Below are positions 46,622-57,054 of a stretch of DNA of 64,000 nt, in pieces (the first letter of the stretch is position 1; each line of letters opens with the position of its first letter). The DNA is taken from the IMG/VR virus record IMGVR_UViG_2929074307_000005, one strand, 5' to 3'. The stretch is from a virus. The notes under the pieces were generated by a model. It was not told where the DNA came from, did no database searches, and worked only from the letters and a program-made list of their open reading frames with translations. The translations under genes and the position numbers were made by a program.

Positions 46622-49396
46622 TTGAGTATGGCAAGAACTGACCTCGAAAGTCTGGTTGTTCAGCTTTCTGCTGACTTCAAGTCATTTGAAAAGAGCCTGG
46701 CCCGCGCCAACGATGTTTCTAATCGCCAGTTCAACGCGATTGAACGTCGCGCGCGCCAGATGAACAAGAATCTGGATGGCATCTTTACACGTTCATTTAG
46801 CGGACTCACAGCGCCGCTCGCAGGTATAGGTGCAGCGCTTGGCGTCGACCAATTGCGCAAGATGACAGACACGTGGACGGACATGACATCCCGCGTCAAT
46901 CTTGCCGCAGGTTCGATTGATAAAGGCACGGAGGTCATGGGTCGCCTAGGAGAAATGGCGCGCCGTACCTATTCCGACCTTTCGCAAACTGCTGAAAGTT
47001 ATCTTTCGAACGCTACAGCCCTTCGCGAACTTGGCTATAATGCCGATGAATCCCTCAACTACACCGAGGCGTTAAATAACGCACTCGTTGTGTCCGGTGC
47101 CAAGGGTGATCGAGCAGCACGAGTAATTGACGCTCTCGCCAAGGCGATGGCAACAGGCAAGCTGCAGGGCGACAACCTGAACACCGTGATTGAATCGGGC
47201 GGTCGTGTTGCTGAAGCGCTGGCTGCGGGCCTTGATACGACAGTTGGCGGACTGCGCAAGCTTGGTTCACAGGGTAAGATCACTGGTAACGACATTGTTC
47301 GCGGTCTATCGAGCCAGATGGAAACGCTTCGCCAAGAAGCAGCCGACATGCCCGCCACGATTGGCGACGGCTTCACTCTTCTGAACAATGCTCTGCTGCA
47401 ATACGTCGGTAATGCTGACAGCGCAGCCGGTGTGTCTGCGAAGATTTCCGAAGCACTAGTCATGATTGCCGACAACTTCGACAAGGTCGCAGATGGCGCT
47501 TTGCAGGTTGCTGCGGTGATTGCGGGTGCCTTGGTTGGTCGATCGCTCCTCGGGATGATCCGCACGCTCGGTCTTGGTGTGACGGCTTTGGGCCAATTCA
47601 GAAAGGCTCTAGCTGCCGCAAGCACAATGGGTGGCTTGGCTACAGCTTTTGGCGGGCTTGGTGCCGCAGCTGGGCCTGTAGGCATGGTCATCGGTGGCGC
47701 GGTTGTATCGTCGCTCATTCTCTACAACTCAACTGTTGGTGAATCGAGTCAGGGAGCTACGCTCTTTGCAGAGCGGCTAAAGAAGGTTGAGGAGGCTGCT
47801 AAATCGTCCGGCAACGCTGTTGAGCAGGCCGGCCGACAGAATGATGCCTACACCCAGAACTCACTGAGCAAGGAAGTTGAGGCTTCGGTCGTCGCACTTG
47901 ATGATGCCCGCGAAGCCGCAGTCAACATGCTGGCCTCGTTCGCTCAAGTCTCGTCGATGAGCCTCATAACTCCGCAGCAATATGATGAGCTTGCTCGTCT
48001 GCGTGATGGGGTTAATGAAGGCACTGTATCTGCAGAAGACGCTAAGCAATCTCTGTTCGCTATGGCGAATGCTGATTACAATTTTCAGGAAGTTGCGGAC
48101 GCAATTGGCCCGATCCTCGATCGTCTAGCCATGGTTTCTACAGCTGCACGAGGTGCTGCCGCGGATCTTGCTGCGGTCACTGGCGCTCGGGCATTGGTCG
48201 AAGACCGTTCGACCCGTTCAGCTAAAGATCCATACATCATGCAGCGTGAAGCTGCGAATGAGTATGAACGCGATCAGATGCGCCTTGCTGCACTCAGCAA
48301 GAAAGAGCACGCGCTCGAAATGGAGCGCAAGAAAGTCCGGGACGCTGCAACTAAAGACGGCATTGCTCTTACAGAGAAACAAATCGACGCTATTGCACGC
48401 GCGAATGTTGCCGCTCAGGAAAGTCGAACCGCCGAAGGAAAGAAGCCGAAGAAAGAGAAAAAGACTCCGGCGGATAAATTCGACATGACCGTTCAGGACG
48501 CTAACGACCGCACAGCTGCATTGGTCGCCGAGACTGAGGCGCTTCGTCAGATCAACCCGCTGATCGACGATTACGGCTTTGCTGCTGAAAAGGCACGCAC
48601 GGAGCAGGAATTGCTCAATGCAGCTCAAAAGGCTGGTATTGCCATCACTCCTGAACTGCGATCGCAGATTGCTCAAACTGCCGATCAGTGGGCACTCGCA
48701 ACAGCTGAAGCGAACAAGCTCAACGAAGCTCAAGGAGAGCTAAGGCAGAAGTCATCGGAATGGCGAAGCACAGAGCTTGATGCGTTCAAGGGGCTTGTTA
48801 CTGACCTGTCATCTGGCAAGGATGCGGTTGAAGCCCTTACAGACGCAGTACAAAAGCTGATCGATAAGCTGCTGGACATGACATTGAACAACCTTTTCGA
48901 AGGTCTGTTCGGCAAGTCAGGCAGTCTTTTCGGCGGTTTTCTCGGCTTCAAAGATGGTGGACTGCCTAAGTTTGCCAACGGAACGCCTTCGCGTCCCGGT
49001 CCCGGTCTCATTCGTGGGCCTGGAACTGGTCGCAGTGACAGCATCCTCGCGAGAGTGTCGAATAAAGAGTTCATCACGAACGCTCGTTCGACAGCGAAAT
49101 ATCGCGGGCTGCTGGAAGCAATCAATGAGGATCGCTTGCCTGCCTTTGCGACCGGCACGCCGAGTTTGCGCGCGCCCTCGATGCCGATACTCGGGGCTCC
49201 GCAAAGACCAAGCGCTGCTGGCCCGATGCGTGTTGATGTTGTGACGCGGTTCGAGAATGACGGCAACTTCCATTCGTATGTTGAGAACGTGTCTCAGAGC
49301 GCCAGCACAAGAACCGTCAAAGCATACGATAAATCCGGTCCGATGCGCTTTGCGCGGGACAGCAAACAGGCCTCAAGGCGGGGGTTAGTGCGATGA
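46622..49396 (+). CDS. Tail tape measure protein
   Basis: 924 aa, helical and Ala-rich, with a C-terminal Gly-rich region. Confidence 0.85.
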   Translation: MSMARTDLESLVVQLSADFKSFEKSLARANDVSNRQFNAIERRARQMNKNLDGIFTRSFSGLTAPLAGIGAALGVDQLRKMTDTWTDMTSRVNLAAGSIDKGTEVMGRLGEMARRTYSDLSQTAESYLSNATALRELGYNADESLNYTEALNNALVVSGAKGDRAARVIDALAKAMATGKLQGDNLNTVIESGGRVAEALAAGLDTTVGGLRKLGSQGKITGNDIVRGLSSQMETLRQEAADMPATIGDGFTLLNNALLQYVGNADSAAGVSAKISEALVMIADNFDKVADGALQVAAVIAGALVGRSLLGMIRTLGLGVTALGQFRKALAAASTMGGLATAFGGLGAAAGPVGMVIGGAVVSSLILYNSTVGESSQGATLFAERLKKVEEAAKSSGNAVEQAGRQNDAYTQNSLSKEVEASVVALDDAREAAVNMLASFAQVSSMSLITPQQYDELARLRDGVNEGTVSAEDAKQSLFAMANADYNFQEVADAIGPILDRLAMVSTAARGAAADLAAVTGARALVEDRSTRSAKDPYIMQREAANEYERDQMRLAALSKKEHALEMERKKVRDAATKDGIALTEKQIDAIARANVAAQESRTAEGKKPKKEKKTPADKFDMTVQDANDRTAALVAETEALRQINPLIDDYGFAAEKARTEQELLNAAQKAGIAITPELRSQIAQTADQWALATAEANKLNEAQGELRQKSSEWRSTELDAFKGLVTDLSSGKDAVEALTDAVQKLIDKLLDMTLNNLFEGLFGKSGSLFGGFLGFKDGGLPKFANGTPSRPGPGLIRGPGTGRSDSILARVSNKEFITNARSTAKYRGLLEAINEDRLPAFATGTPSLRAPSMPILGAPQRPSAAGPMRVDVVTRFENDGNFHSYVENVSQSASTRTVKAYDKSGPMRFARDSKQASRRGLVR

Positions 49397-50010
49397 TCGA
49401 TCTTCTCTCAACCGTCCGCTTTGTACCGTCGTATCCCATGCTTAATAATCCGACCAGCCAGACGAAGTTTGGCGGTCGGGTTATTTCGACGGTCGAATTT
49501 GTTGACCCGTATCGAACCGTTGATATGGAAACTTTGCCGATGAAGGCCAGTGAGGCGGTTCAGCTTCAGGCCTTCATTGCGGCTGCAAAGGGCGGCATGG
49601 AAACGATTGTCTATCGTCCTAAACATATATGCATTCCACGCGCTTATTGGGGTGATCCGAACAACACACACATCACCGGCACAGCATCGCGCGGGACGGT
49701 GACTGGCGGATACTCTGTTCAGTTAACAGGTGTTGTTCCCGGCCTGCAATTGATGGACGGCGATATGTTTTCGCTAAAGAGTGGTGACTATCGGCAGTTC
49801 TTGCAGGTCGCTTATGGCGGCGGCGCTACCGCTGTCAGCACTCAGATGGTTGTTAAGGTCGATCAGCCGATTGCGTCTTATATCGCAACTGGCGCAACAG
49901 CTCGATTCAAGCAGCCGGAGATGAATACACGGCTGGTCAAGGACAGCTTTCAGATGTCGAAGGGTCCGCGACCGACGGCAAGTTTCCAGCTGATTGAGGT
50001 GCCGCGATAA
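49393..50010 (+). CDS. Distal tail protein (DUF2460 / GTA g12-like)
   Basis: ATGA overlap with the upstream gene; order. Confidence 0.55.
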   Translation: MIDLLSTVRFVPSYPMLNNPTSQTKFGGRVISTVEFVDPYRTVDMETLPMKASEAVQLQAFIAAAKGGMETIVYRPKHICIPRAYWGDPNNTHITGTASRGTVTGGYSVQLTGVVPGLQLMDGDMFSLKSGDYRQFLQVAYGGGATAVSTQMVVKVDQPIASYIATGATARFKQPEMNTRLVKDSFQMSKGPRPTASFQLIEVPR

Positions 50011-50579
50011 TGGCTTTCCCAACTCGTCTACAGCAATTGCTGGAAGAGGGGCGCATTGTTGTGCGCTCTCTCGGAGAATTTCAGTTTGGCACCGGCTTTT
50101 GGTATATGTGGAACGGGTCGTCCGAATTCACTTGGAACGGCAACACCTACATCCCCAACCAGCTTATTGCGATTGAAGAGCCACCGTATCAGTTGGGTGC
50201 TGAAGCGCTGCCGATCACGATCACAATGCCGACGGCAGCGGATTACGGTGTAACTCCTGACAAGCTCGCTCAGATCGAAAGCGTGGATTATAAGGGCCGC
50301 ACGGTCATCCTATCCGATGCTTATTTCGATCCGGACACGCGAGAGCTGCTCCATGTCGAGCCAATGTATCGCGGCTATATCGACACCATCGATCACGTCA
50401 TTGACGGTGGCGAAATGGTTCTGAAAGCCAACGTAGAAACGTCAGCGCTAGAAAACCACCGTGATGGCTATCGCACTGCATCGCACGAAGATCAGCAGCT
50501 TATCTCTCCGGGTGACAAGTTCTTTGAATACGCATCAACCGTGAAGCGCGAGAATTTTTACATCACGCCGTACCAATAA
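50010..50579 (+). CDS. DUF2163 / GTA g13-like tail protein
   Basis: Order; sequence character. Confidence 0.55.
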   Translation: MAFPTRLQQLLEEGRIVVRSLGEFQFGTGFWYMWNGSSEFTWNGNTYIPNQLIAIEEPPYQLGAEALPITITMPTAADYGVTPDKLAQIESVDYKGRTVILSDAYFDPDTRELLHVEPMYRGYIDTIDHVIDGGEMVLKANVETSALENHRDGYRTASHEDQQLISPGDKFFEYASTVKRENFYITPYQ

Positions 50580-50581
50580 GC

Positions 50582-50881
50582 CTATTCATCAGGAAACAAG
50601 ATTGATGACAAGTCGTCTGACGAAATCCGAAGTTCGTGCGCTGTCTTGCCTTCGCACTTGGAAAGAACGGCGCGTAATTGATCGGTCGCTTTATTCAGCA
50701 GAAGTTCTTCAAGCTGCGCGATCGTTAAATCGTCGTGGCTTTCTATCCGAAGGTCAAATGATACAGATTGAGCTACTGCAGTTGAACCGACCTCGTCAGA
50801 TAGGCGGAATTCAACCTTAGCAGCCAAGAGGCTGGTCCCGGCGTCATACTTTGTAATGTCTTTGATGATGAATTCCATCAT
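50582..50881 (-). CDS. Hypothetical protein on the opposite strand inside the tail module (moron)
   Basis: MMEFIIKDITKYD...; its neighbours run in the opposite direction. Confidence 0.4.
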   Translation of the reverse strand: MMEFIIKDITKYDAGTSLLAAKVEFRLSDEVGSTAVAQSVSFDLRIESHDDLTIAQLEELLLNKATDQLRAVLSKCEGKTAHELRISSDDLSSILFPDE

Positions 50882-50947
50882 AGCAGTTCCCCTTCGCCCT
50901 AAGTGTGACGGCAGATAAGCACACGCTCTCCAACTAAGGCAACAGAT

Positions 50948-51337
50948 ATGCACCAGCAATGGGAAAAACGCCTCGTGGCTGTCACAGAGGCGCACTTAGT
51001 CACGCCTCTGGTTTGGGGCAAGTCGGATTGCCTTCTGACTACCTGTGACGCAATAGAAGCCATGACCGGCGTTGATCCGGCTGCGGATATTCGCGGAAAG
51101 TACAAGAGCAAGGCCGGTGCTTATCGCCTGATTAAACAGCGTGGCTACGACAGCCTTGGTGCGGTTCTGGCAGACCGTTTTGAAGAAATTGGAACAGCCA
51201 TGGCGCAGCGCGGTGACGTTGGCATCTTCGAGAAAACCGTCGGCTACTTCTGTGAATACGGCTTCGCTGTGAAAGGCGAGGACGGTTTGCGCTTTCTACC
51301 GCGCACAATGGCCGAGAGGGCCTTCAAGGTTTCCTGA
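50948..51337 (+). CDS. NlpC/P60-like cell-wall peptidase (GTA g14-like)
   Basis: GKSDC catalytic Cys context; size. Confidence 0.6.
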   Translation: MHQQWEKRLVAVTEAHLVTPLVWGKSDCLLTTCDAIEAMTGVDPAADIRGKYKSKAGAYRLIKQRGYDSLGAVLADRFEEIGTAMAQRGDVGIFEKTVGYFCEYGFAVKGEDGLRFLPRTMAERAFKVS

Positions 51338-53973
51338 TGTTTTACATTCTGGCGATTTTATTCGCGCTGCTGGCAACGCCTGCGGCGGCGGACCCTGTTT
51401 CACTTGTGACAGGCATTGTCGGCCTTGGATCATGGCTGTTCGGCGGTACGGTTCTTGCAAACATCGTGCTTGGCGGACTTCTTGTTGCTGCGAAGTACGC
51501 GCTGACGTCGATCTTCCAGCAAACGCCGAAGTCTTCCGCCTCTGCTACAGAAACCAAGTATGGCGAAAACCTCGTGCGCGAGGTCGGCCTTGGCGTCTTT
51601 GGCACGATGGGCCATCACATCTACCGAAACGCGTTCGACAAGGGCAATCACATTGTCCAGGACGTGTTCAAGCTGTCGGATTTCCGATGCCTTGAGCTTC
51701 TTCGCGTGCAGATGGATGGCGAATGGAAGTCACTTTCTCCCGATCAGCAAGGCGATGAGGGCCGCATCTATGGCCAGCGCATTCTCGGTGTGAAGGATGG
51801 TGGCCAATGCTTTGTGCGCTTTTATCAGGGTACGCTTGACCAGACTGCCGACCCGGCACTGATCGCCTATGCCAATCCGGCCGGTCGCTGGACATCAGCG
51901 CATCGTGGCGCTGGGCTTTGTTATGCAATCGTCACGACCATAACTGACGTGGACAACCTCACGTCGGTCCCGAACCTCATGTTCGAAGTACGCGGCGCTC
52001 CACTGTATGATCCGCGCAAGGATAGCTCTGTCGGTGGTTTCGGCGCACATCGCTGGAATGACCAGAGCACTTGGGAATTCAGCAACAACAACGCCGTAAT
52101 GATGTATAACCTCGAACGAGGCCTCTACATCGGAACTGAAAAGATCGTCGGACGTGGAGTGGCTGCAAGCCGCCTGCCTTTGTCTGATTGGTTCACAGCA
52201 ATGAATATCTGCGATGAAATCATGTCGGATGGCAGCAAGCGTTATAGTGCGGCTCTAATTGCATCGTCCGGCGATGGCGTTACCCACGAAACCAACATGA
52301 CGCCATTGCGCGAAGGTTGCGCAGGCTCTTGGATTGAAGCTGTTACGGGCGAGTATCCTATTGTTGGTGCAAATCAGGCTGTCGTTGCGACAATCACCGA
52401 TGATGACATTGCGTGGGAAAAATCTTTCCAGCTATCGCTGACGCGCACGCGAACCGAGCTCGTTAATACGGTCGCTGCATCGTACGTCAGTCCGGACCTA
52501 TTCTATGAAACCACGTCACTGACCACCCGCATCGATGCACTTGCTTTGGCGCAGGATCGTGAGCGCTTGGCTTCCAAGGTCGATTACACGGCAGTTACCG
52601 ATCATCGAGTTGGTGACCGGCTGGCAGATATTGCAATCCGTGCATCGCGCTATCAGGCCAACGGCAGCTTTACTGTTCATCCAAAGTTCCTTGCGCTTCA
52701 GGTAGGCCAGTGGGTGCAATGGCAGTCTGACCGATACAATCGCACGGTTAAGTTCCAGATCCATAGCAAGTCTCTCGGTGCGATGGGCAGTGACAGCGTT
52801 CGCGATGTTTCAATTTCTTGGCAGGAGGTAGGCGAGGGCATCTTTGATCCAACCGCCTATGAAACCAATCCACCTGTTTTGATCCCCAACCAGCCACCGG
52901 ATTATCAGGCGCAGCTTGCCAACTTCAACGCCATCCCGAACAAGGTCATTGGTGATGATGGTCAGGAATACCCAGGAATTCGCCTATTCTGGGATGAAAT
53001 CACAGACACGACGGTCGAAGGCGTCGAAATTCAGTATTGGCCTGAGAATGATCCGTCGCAGGTATTCACGGCTTACGTGCCGCGTGACGTGACGGTGTTC
53101 CAGATCGTCAACGGACTGACCAGCAAATCAGAATGGAACGTGCGATATCGCTTCAGAGTGGCGGCAGGAACGCGCCCTGTGGTTTGGTCTGCTCCAGTGC
53201 TGGTTCTGACGCAGGAGGTGTCAGGCGATGACAGCCCGGTCGATTACGGCCGTCTTGATGACGACTTGTCGGGTCTGATTAACTGGATAACTGACGATAT
53301 GCGCGAGCTTAAAAGGCAAGCGCAGGAACTGGCAACCAGCACTGCCGACAATCACAACACCAACTACGCTGACTTGCAGACCATTCGCCGCCAGCTGACC
53401 AGCACGTACGGAACGGCAAAAGCATCGTGGCAAGAGGATATCCTTGTCGCAACGGGTCCAAATAGCGCCATTGGGCAACAGCTGACGCAGATCAATGTCA
53501 GCCTTGGCACCAAGGCAGATGCCAGCACAGTCGTGCTTTTGCAAAGCCGCGTGGATGGCGTCGAAGGCGATATGACTGCCATTTCGAATGCGCTGACTGA
53601 GGTCAATGCATCGGTAGATGGAACTGTCTCGAATGCCGCTTGGCGCATGACGGCAACACAGGGAAGTGGCGGACAGTCGGTCAAGATTTCAGCGTTTGGC
53701 CGCATTGGGTCTGGCGATAGTTGGAAACAAGCCGGGTGGTTTGTGAATGTCACTCCGACAGGCAGCCAGTTTGTCATCGTTTCCAACCAGTTCGCGATAG
53801 CTGACCCGAACGATGACGGCAGCTTTACGTATCCGTTTGTCGCTCAGAATGGTGAGATTTACATGCAAAGCGTTCGCCTCGGAACGTTGAGGTTTGATCG
53901 TCTCCTGTCAAACAATAGCAAGTTTGATGCACGTGGCGATGGCGGCAACGCATATCTGAGGATTATCGTCTAA
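51337..53973 (+). CDS. Host specificity / central tail protein (gpJ-like, GTA g15-like)
   Basis: 878 aa; ATGA overlap with the upstream gene; order. Confidence 0.75.
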   Translation: MFYILAILFALLATPAAADPVSLVTGIVGLGSWLFGGTVLANIVLGGLLVAAKYALTSIFQQTPKSSASATETKYGENLVREVGLGVFGTMGHHIYRNAFDKGNHIVQDVFKLSDFRCLELLRVQMDGEWKSLSPDQQGDEGRIYGQRILGVKDGGQCFVRFYQGTLDQTADPALIAYANPAGRWTSAHRGAGLCYAIVTTITDVDNLTSVPNLMFEVRGAPLYDPRKDSSVGGFGAHRWNDQSTWEFSNNNAVMMYNLERGLYIGTEKIVGRGVAASRLPLSDWFTAMNICDEIMSDGSKRYSAALIASSGDGVTHETNMTPLREGCAGSWIEAVTGEYPIVGANQAVVATITDDDIAWEKSFQLSLTRTRTELVNTVAASYVSPDLFYETTSLTTRIDALALAQDRERLASKVDYTAVTDHRVGDRLADIAIRASRYQANGSFTVHPKFLALQVGQWVQWQSDRYNRTVKFQIHSKSLGAMGSDSVRDVSISWQEVGEGIFDPTAYETNPPVLIPNQPPDYQAQLANFNAIPNKVIGDDGQEYPGIRLFWDEITDTTVEGVEIQYWPENDPSQVFTAYVPRDVTVFQIVNGLTSKSEWNVRYRFRVAAGTRPVVWSAPVLVLTQEVSGDDSPVDYGRLDDDLSGLINWITDDMRELKRQAQELATSTADNHNTNYADLQTIRRQLTSTYGTAKASWQEDILVATGPNSAIGQQLTQINVSLGTKADASTVVLLQSRVDGVEGDMTAISNALTEVNASVDGTVSNAAWRMTATQGSGGQSVKISAFGRIGSGDSWKQAGWFVNVTPTGSQFVIVSNQFAIADPNDDGSFTYPFVAQNGEIYMQSVRLGTLRFDRLLSNNSKFDARGDGGNAYLRIIV

Positions 53974-55526
53974 TGGTCAGTTGGTTTGTGGGCTGGAAAC
54001 CGGGCGTCGGCGCGGTGATGAAGGTCAATAAATATGACAGCGATTGGCCGCTGGATGTACCGAACGATGCGCATAATCGCTTTTATTTCAATTCGGAGGC
54101 AAGCAATCTTTCCTATGTGTTTGGAAACTTTCAGACACCGCAGCCCCTGAACAAATCGAACTATCCCGGGGGATATCTCCCGGGGGGCATGTATGGCCTG
54201 CAAACTGGATCACTGAGCGATCAGTGGGTTATGAAAAGCACCTACACGACATCTAATGAGACTGGCACTCGTTATGATATCTATGGGCTGATTGGTCGAA
54301 TGCCCGACCTCGCAGGCACAATCCCATTTGCAGAGGTGAAGTTCATCTCTGCGGATGGAACATCTCGCATTCTTTGGAACAATAAGCCGGGGAGTTCGAG
54401 CGCCTATTATTTCAGCGTCACCAATTACGGCGTGACTTGCTACTCCACGGAGACTGGCGAGACTGGCCTCGGCTATCGACGTATCCCCTCAAACTTCGGC
54501 TATACCGGATGGTGCATAAGGCCATCGGACACGTCCGCGAGTTTTGACACCTACCTCGGCGGCGACAAAGAATACGTGAATACGATGATCTGGGATTTGC
54601 CGTGTAACAACGTGCCAATCCCTAAGCCTGTCGGAACGCCTATCGCAGGACAGATAGCTTTTGAGGCGTCCAACACCCGCATCAAGATGGCAAGGCCGGG
54701 GTTTTCCATTGATACAGCGACAGGTCGTCAGCTCATCATGGATAGTGACAGAACGCCTATCAAGTGTGTGATGATGGGCGAAACGCCTGCCATCGCGCCG
54801 GGAACATCATACTTTGTCGCAAAGCCTACATCGATTGACTTCGACCTGTCTCCTTCAATGGTCTGCGATACGATTTGCAGCCTGAATGGTTGGGGATTTG
54901 CCGTTCCTCCAGTCAACCTGAATACTGGCTTTGATGAAGAACAGACTTGGGCATATTACCGCGTCGAGCATGGCGGAATAAGGTTCTCGGTCGTCGGTAC
55001 GCACTCAGTTGCTATTCGTTTCATGCTCTACGCAACTGGCATTCAAGGCCATACGACGGGCGGAAGCGCTGTAATCCGGAAGGTTGAAGGCCAGTACCTT
55101 CAGATCAAAAGGCCGGGTTCCAGTGATGTAGCACCGGGGTACAACGATATCCTTCTGGACACTCGTTTCGCAGCTGTGACGGTATTGGCAGAAGGGTATA
55201 TCCCCGCCTCAAGTTTCAGCGCAGCCAATCAGGTCCACTGGCGTTACGGGAATATCGCGGCCCGGATTAATTTCGACAGCCAAGGCTTGTTCGTGTTTCC
55301 CAAGGTCATCGTCGATTTTGGCGACATGTTCCGGCAGGGCAATCACACAATGTATCTGTCACCGGGCGGTGGTGTTGAAGTGCTGCGGCATTCAATGGCG
55401 ACGGTCGTCAATAGCGATCATTGCATTGTTCATATCTCGCCTGGCAACAGTGCTGGCCCCAATGTGACGGGTTTTCCCGACCCTGTTGGCGTCCGCTATT
55501 ACATCCTCGGAGCCACCACGCTCTAA
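53973..55526 (+). CDS. Tail fibre or hypothetical tail protein
   Basis: Order; ATGA overlap with the upstream gene. Confidence 0.5.
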   Translation: MVSWFVGWKPGVGAVMKVNKYDSDWPLDVPNDAHNRFYFNSEASNLSYVFGNFQTPQPLNKSNYPGGYLPGGMYGLQTGSLSDQWVMKSTYTTSNETGTRYDIYGLIGRMPDLAGTIPFAEVKFISADGTSRILWNNKPGSSSAYYFSVTNYGVTCYSTETGETGLGYRRIPSNFGYTGWCIRPSDTSASFDTYLGGDKEYVNTMIWDLPCNNVPIPKPVGTPIAGQIAFEASNTRIKMARPGFSIDTATGRQLIMDSDRTPIKCVMMGETPAIAPGTSYFVAKPTSIDFDLSPSMVCDTICSLNGWGFAVPPVNLNTGFDEEQTWAYYRVEHGGIRFSVVGTHSVAIRFMLYATGIQGHTTGGSAVIRKVEGQYLQIKRPGSSDVAPGYNDILLDTRFAAVTVLAEGYIPASSFSAANQVHWRYGNIAARINFDSQGLFVFPKVIVDFGDMFRQGNHTMYLSPGGGVEVLRHSMATVVNSDHCIVHISPGNSAGPNVTGFPDPVGVRYYILGATTL

Positions 55527-55548
55527 CAATCCGAAATCGGAGAATATT

Positions 55549-56937
55549 ATGGCTGTTTTGTCAGATTACACCTCTGGCACGATCACGCTCGCCAATGGCT
55601 CAACGGCTGTGACCGGAACCGGCACACTGTTCGACGTGGCGAAGTTTCGCGAAGGTGATACGCTTCAAATTGAGAACCTGACGGCTGTTATTGCCAGTGT
55701 CGATAGCAATACCCAATTGACGCTGACTGCGCCGTGGACCGGCACTTCGCTGACGGATGCGCCCTATAGAGCGCGATATTTGCCAGACGGCGCGCGCGTA
55801 ACTGCACAGGCGACAACGCTGATCGAATTGCTCGGCAACGGCGTTCTGTCCAACCTTGCTGAACTTGGCGTCGAGGATGGCAAGGTGCCTGTCGGTAATG
55901 CTGCTGGTGAGTATGAGCTGCACGACTATTTAGATGACCCGAACGGCACATTGGCGAAGTTTGCAGCGCTGACAGTAACTGCCCGTCAAATCTTTCAGAC
56001 GGATGAAAACGGCGCGCTGAAGGCTTTGGCTCTTCTGGCGAATAAATTCATCTATACGGATGCAAATAAAGACTTAGCACAGGGCGATATCACGCCTTGG
56101 GCAATCACAATGCTGGGTCTGACGGGTACGGCTGATCGCTTGCCCTATCTAAATGCAACCAACACATCAGCGTTGACGCCCCTGACTCCTTTTGCTCGGT
56201 CAATTTTGGATGATGCGAATGCGGCAGCGGTTCGCACAACTCTTGGGCTTGGTACAGCTGCAACGCGTGATGTTGGAACGAGCGGTTCGGTAATTCCAGT
56301 TCTGAACGCTGTAAATACTTGGAGTGGGCTCCAACGATTACAACTCGACGGTAATGCCCCTTTGGGCATTAATATGCGTTCGACTGCAAACACAGGAACA
56401 ACAGGGTCTTTTAACATATCTCCTGTACTTCGATTACAAATACCCAGAGGTGGGTTTGGTGTTTCAGATGGGGCGTATGGTCAGATACAATATGAAGAGA
56501 ATGTCGGAACATCAAACCAATTAACGATCAATATCAATGGGTTCAGTTCTAATAGATACTGGCAATTTCGCGATGACGGCAGCGCCTACGCGCTTGCGGG
56601 TTCTTGGGTCAACTCTTCTGACGGACGATTAAAAACCGAGGTTAAAAATATCCACGATCCGCTCGAAGCCTTGAAAAAGCTAAACGGCTGCACTTGGACC
56701 CGCATTGACACTGGTGCAAACGGTATAGGCCTAATTGCTCAGGACGCAGAAGAGGCGGTTCCAGGATGCTCACAGGTCAGCGAAAAAGAGAAGACGTTGC
56801 CAGACGGCACGACAATCACCGATGTGCTGGCGCTTGATACTGGTGGTGTGGCTGCGGCTGTGCTCGTGGAGGCGTGTAAGATGATGCTAGAACGCATTGA
56901 ACAGCTCGAAAGCCGCATTACGGAGCTGACCGCTTGA
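55549..56937 (+). CDS. Tail fibre with a C-terminal S74 intramolecular-chaperone auto-processing domain
   Basis: DGRLKTEV...LNGCTWTRIDTG...IAQDAEEAVP, typical of Peptidase_S74. Confidence 0.7.
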   Translation: MAVLSDYTSGTITLANGSTAVTGTGTLFDVAKFREGDTLQIENLTAVIASVDSNTQLTLTAPWTGTSLTDAPYRARYLPDGARVTAQATTLIELLGNGVLSNLAELGVEDGKVPVGNAAGEYELHDYLDDPNGTLAKFAALTVTARQIFQTDENGALKALALLANKFIYTDANKDLAQGDITPWAITMLGLTGTADRLPYLNATNTSALTPLTPFARSILDDANAAAVRTTLGLGTAATRDVGTSGSVIPVLNAVNTWSGLQRLQLDGNAPLGINMRSTANTGTTGSFNISPVLRLQIPRGGFGVSDGAYGQIQYEENVGTSNQLTININGFSSNRYWQFRDDGSAYALAGSWVNSSDGRLKTEVKNIHDPLEALKKLNGCTWTRIDTGANGIGLIAQDAEEAVPGCSQVSEKEKTLPDGTTITDVLALDTGGVAAAVLVEACKMMLERIEQLESRITELTA

Positions 56938-57054
56938 GCGAAGCGCTAGCAGCCTAGCGTAGAAGCCTTCTTGGCTGAACTATCTGCTTTCACGTGGAAT
57001 GGATCAGTGCGACGTTGCTATGATGAGCGACGCCGCACAACTCCAAGGATTTTC

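Noticed and set aside
47059-47718. 219-aa minus-strand ORF
   Set aside because: It lies inside the tape-measure gene, is Ala/Pro-rich and is a GC-driven antisense frame.
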